The notes under the pieces were generated by a model, which searched no databases, had not been told where the DNA came from, and was given only the letters and a program-made list of their open reading frames with translations. Source: Tubulanus polymorphus (lineage: Eukaryota > Animalia > Nemertea). From it: DNA of 64,000 nt. Of this stretch, positions 61,892-64,000 are shown in pieces; position 1 is the first letter of the stretch; every line of letters starts with the position of its first letter. The DNA is taken from positions 20,187,101-20,251,100 of the forward strand of contig NC_134025.1 in assembly GCF_964204645.1 (NCBI RefSeq), given 5' to 3'. The position numbers and the translations under genes were made by a program.

Positions 61892-61984
61892 TGGACAGCT
61901 ATTGGTGAAAATATTTAAGTCTTTGTCAATTACGTGGGAAAGATCGAAATTTTCATCTGCTGAAATGATTTCCAGTCTTGTCAT
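61892..61984 (-). pseudogene. N-terminus of the interrupted CR1-group LINE ORF2
   Basis: MTRLEIISADENFDLSHVIDKDLNIFTNSCP continues as YIEAHDIF at 46881. Confidence 0.6.
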
Positions 61985-62607
61985 GAAATTTGTATTGCCT
62001 AAACACATAATCGGACAGATGAGGTTCGGCGGACAGATAAACGATGGTAGTGTTATGACGAAGTATGACTACGTGAAATGACAGGAGTAAATGCACACAC
62101 ATAATAAACTATATACTTATGGGTAATCGCCAACTTGTATATGGCTGTTATTGTGAGTGTGTTTTCAAAATGCGGGAAAATATATAATGATTTACTAGTT
62201 AATACTACAATGATGTCCAATGGAGTGAAACCTTTTCATGCCACCAGAGTGAAATACTCAATACCTTAATACGAGATAGGCTCAATGAGGAATACTCACT
62301 ACTCAGAGTAAATAAATAATCTTGCATGGCATGTGTCCAACCAAAGATTTGTTTACAAGTCATCCAGGAAGAAAGACACTAAATATTTGGATGGATATAT
62401 GAAAGCTGTGGGTACTGGAGTGTGTAATGGGTAGTGTAGTGTGATCTGTGTGCATTTGTGGCCAGCACACAGATCACATTGTTCAATGGGGTTTGGTCCA
62501 GGACTCGCGAGATTTTCAACAACACGGAAGTAACGTGTAATAAATGATGACTTGAATTGCATGACTACCTACCACCCCTCATTATTGTTGTAAAAGTAAA
62601 CGTTCCG

Positions 62608-62970
62608 CACTGACTAAAAATTAGTAATAATGATTAATAATATTTTAGAAATGGCCAGAAATTTTAACTTAGGTTCTATCTCATTTTTATTTTACAATTG
62701 CTATTGGTATAAATTTTTTTTAAACGGCCGTTAAGGCTTCATGTTTCGTCTGCAATTCACTGCAAATAGTTACGCAACTACGCACGTTTCAGTGTTTTTG
62801 GCAGCTGTACACTCAATCGGCACCGTTCGTGACTAGCTTCACTGCGGAATTATCATTAATTAACATCGCCATATCACATCATCAACTTATATTGTGCCAT
62901 AAAACCCTAACAGCCGAAATAATTGAAATGCACACACGATTTCTATCATTGAAAATTGAGAGAGTGGCCG
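62608..62970 (+). repeat. Dispersed repeat, copy of 16657-17000
   Basis: Direct sequence similarity. Confidence 0.7.
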
Positions 62971-62989
62971 TGTTTGTGTTCTGCTGCTT

Positions 62990-64000
62990 CGCGTAAATCC
63001 CGCGCGGTGGCGCAACCGCGCGGAGTGGGGGCAGAAAAAACCGCGCCCAATTGTTGCAAAATTCGAGTTCTTCAAAGATCGTGAACTGGTACGTTCAGTT
63101 GCGAAAAATCTCGCGGGCTCGTCTTTAGGTGCCTGAGGAATGGGCGGCGAGACGACGCGAAAAGCTACCCGAGCTGAGAGCCGCGAAAGCGAACGGAAAA
63201 CAAGCTTTCTTTGTACGGGACAAACTCGTTATCCGCGAAAACCGTGACCGCGTACCGATGGACAGCCACTAGGAACCAGCGGAGGGACTTTGCGTACAAT
63301 TCGTAGACCGGACTGTCCTTGTATCTCGAAGTTGTTGTTATGTTATAGAATTTGTAAATAGTGTAAATTTATGTGACAGTTATCCAAATGTAAATAGAGA
63401 TATCGTTGGCTCGCATGTATTTTCTCATACGGTAGATACATACCCTGATATAAATAGTAACAATCATGTACCTAATGTAACTCCTAACAATTTCATTTCT
63501 GATGTAAATAAGCGAAATGTTAACACTTCTGATTTAAATAAGCAAAATGTAACTAGTACAGCAAACGCAGCAAACATAAGTGAAATTCCTTGTATCAAAT
63601 CATCATTAAAGTTTTCTACGCTGAATGTATGTGGCCTTATAGCTAAACTCGATATCCCAGAATTCTGTGAATTTATTAGCAATAATGACATCACATGTCT
63701 AACTGAAACTCACTTAGATGATTTAGACGGTAATTTAGGTTGTAGCTTGCCCGCCTCCCATATGGCGCACTTTTAAAATAGGAAAAAGTTTTCAAAAAAA
63801 GGATCAGGTGGCGTCGGTATCATATATAGGAAGTTCATGAAAAATAAAATAAAACCAATTTCGACTGACTCTCAGTTTGTATCTTGGTATTTATTAGATA
63901 AAGATTTATTTAATCGCGACAAACATGTACTTTTAGGTGTAATTTATATTCCTTCAGAAAATAGTCATTATTATTCAGAAATAGCTATCAGAGAAATTGA
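62990..64000 (+). mobile_element. Second LINE: ORF1 remnant and start of ORF2 endonuclease, runs off window
   Basis: PRPIVAKFEFFKDRELVR (ORF1-like); TLNVCGL..DITCLTETH..GSGGVGI..LLGVIYIPSENS with an in-frame TAA near 63774. Confidence 0.75.

Overview
AT-rich, repeat-dense eukaryotic (invertebrate-like metazoan) genomic DNA. There are two host genes, both on the minus strand: a steroid 5-alpha-reductase (4 coding exons, 2654-5776, last exon outside the window) and an 8-9 exon MAP3K8/MAP3K14(NIK)-like kinase with degenerate catalytic motifs (21101-41088). Between and inside them lie Helentron-type HINEs, a cluster of IS3EU-type TIR elements with 6-bp TSDs, a broken MULE, hAT/Harbinger-like MITEs, LINE relics and a 1417-bp tandem array. 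The main feature is a 15,009-bp, very young Gypsy-type endogenous retrovirus-like element (46883-61891, minus strand) with identical 1269-bp LTRs and a tRNA-Phe PBS, inserted into a CR1-group LINE. It combines gag, a chromodomain-bearing pol and a class I fusion env with an extra membrane module ending in PPxY/YPxL late-domain motifs. Three accessory ORFs lie upstream of gag: one carries CtBP-type PxDLS motifs, and two are written over an array of 12 tRNA T-arm/B-box hairpins with compensatory stem changes. All calls are by eye; no database searches were run.
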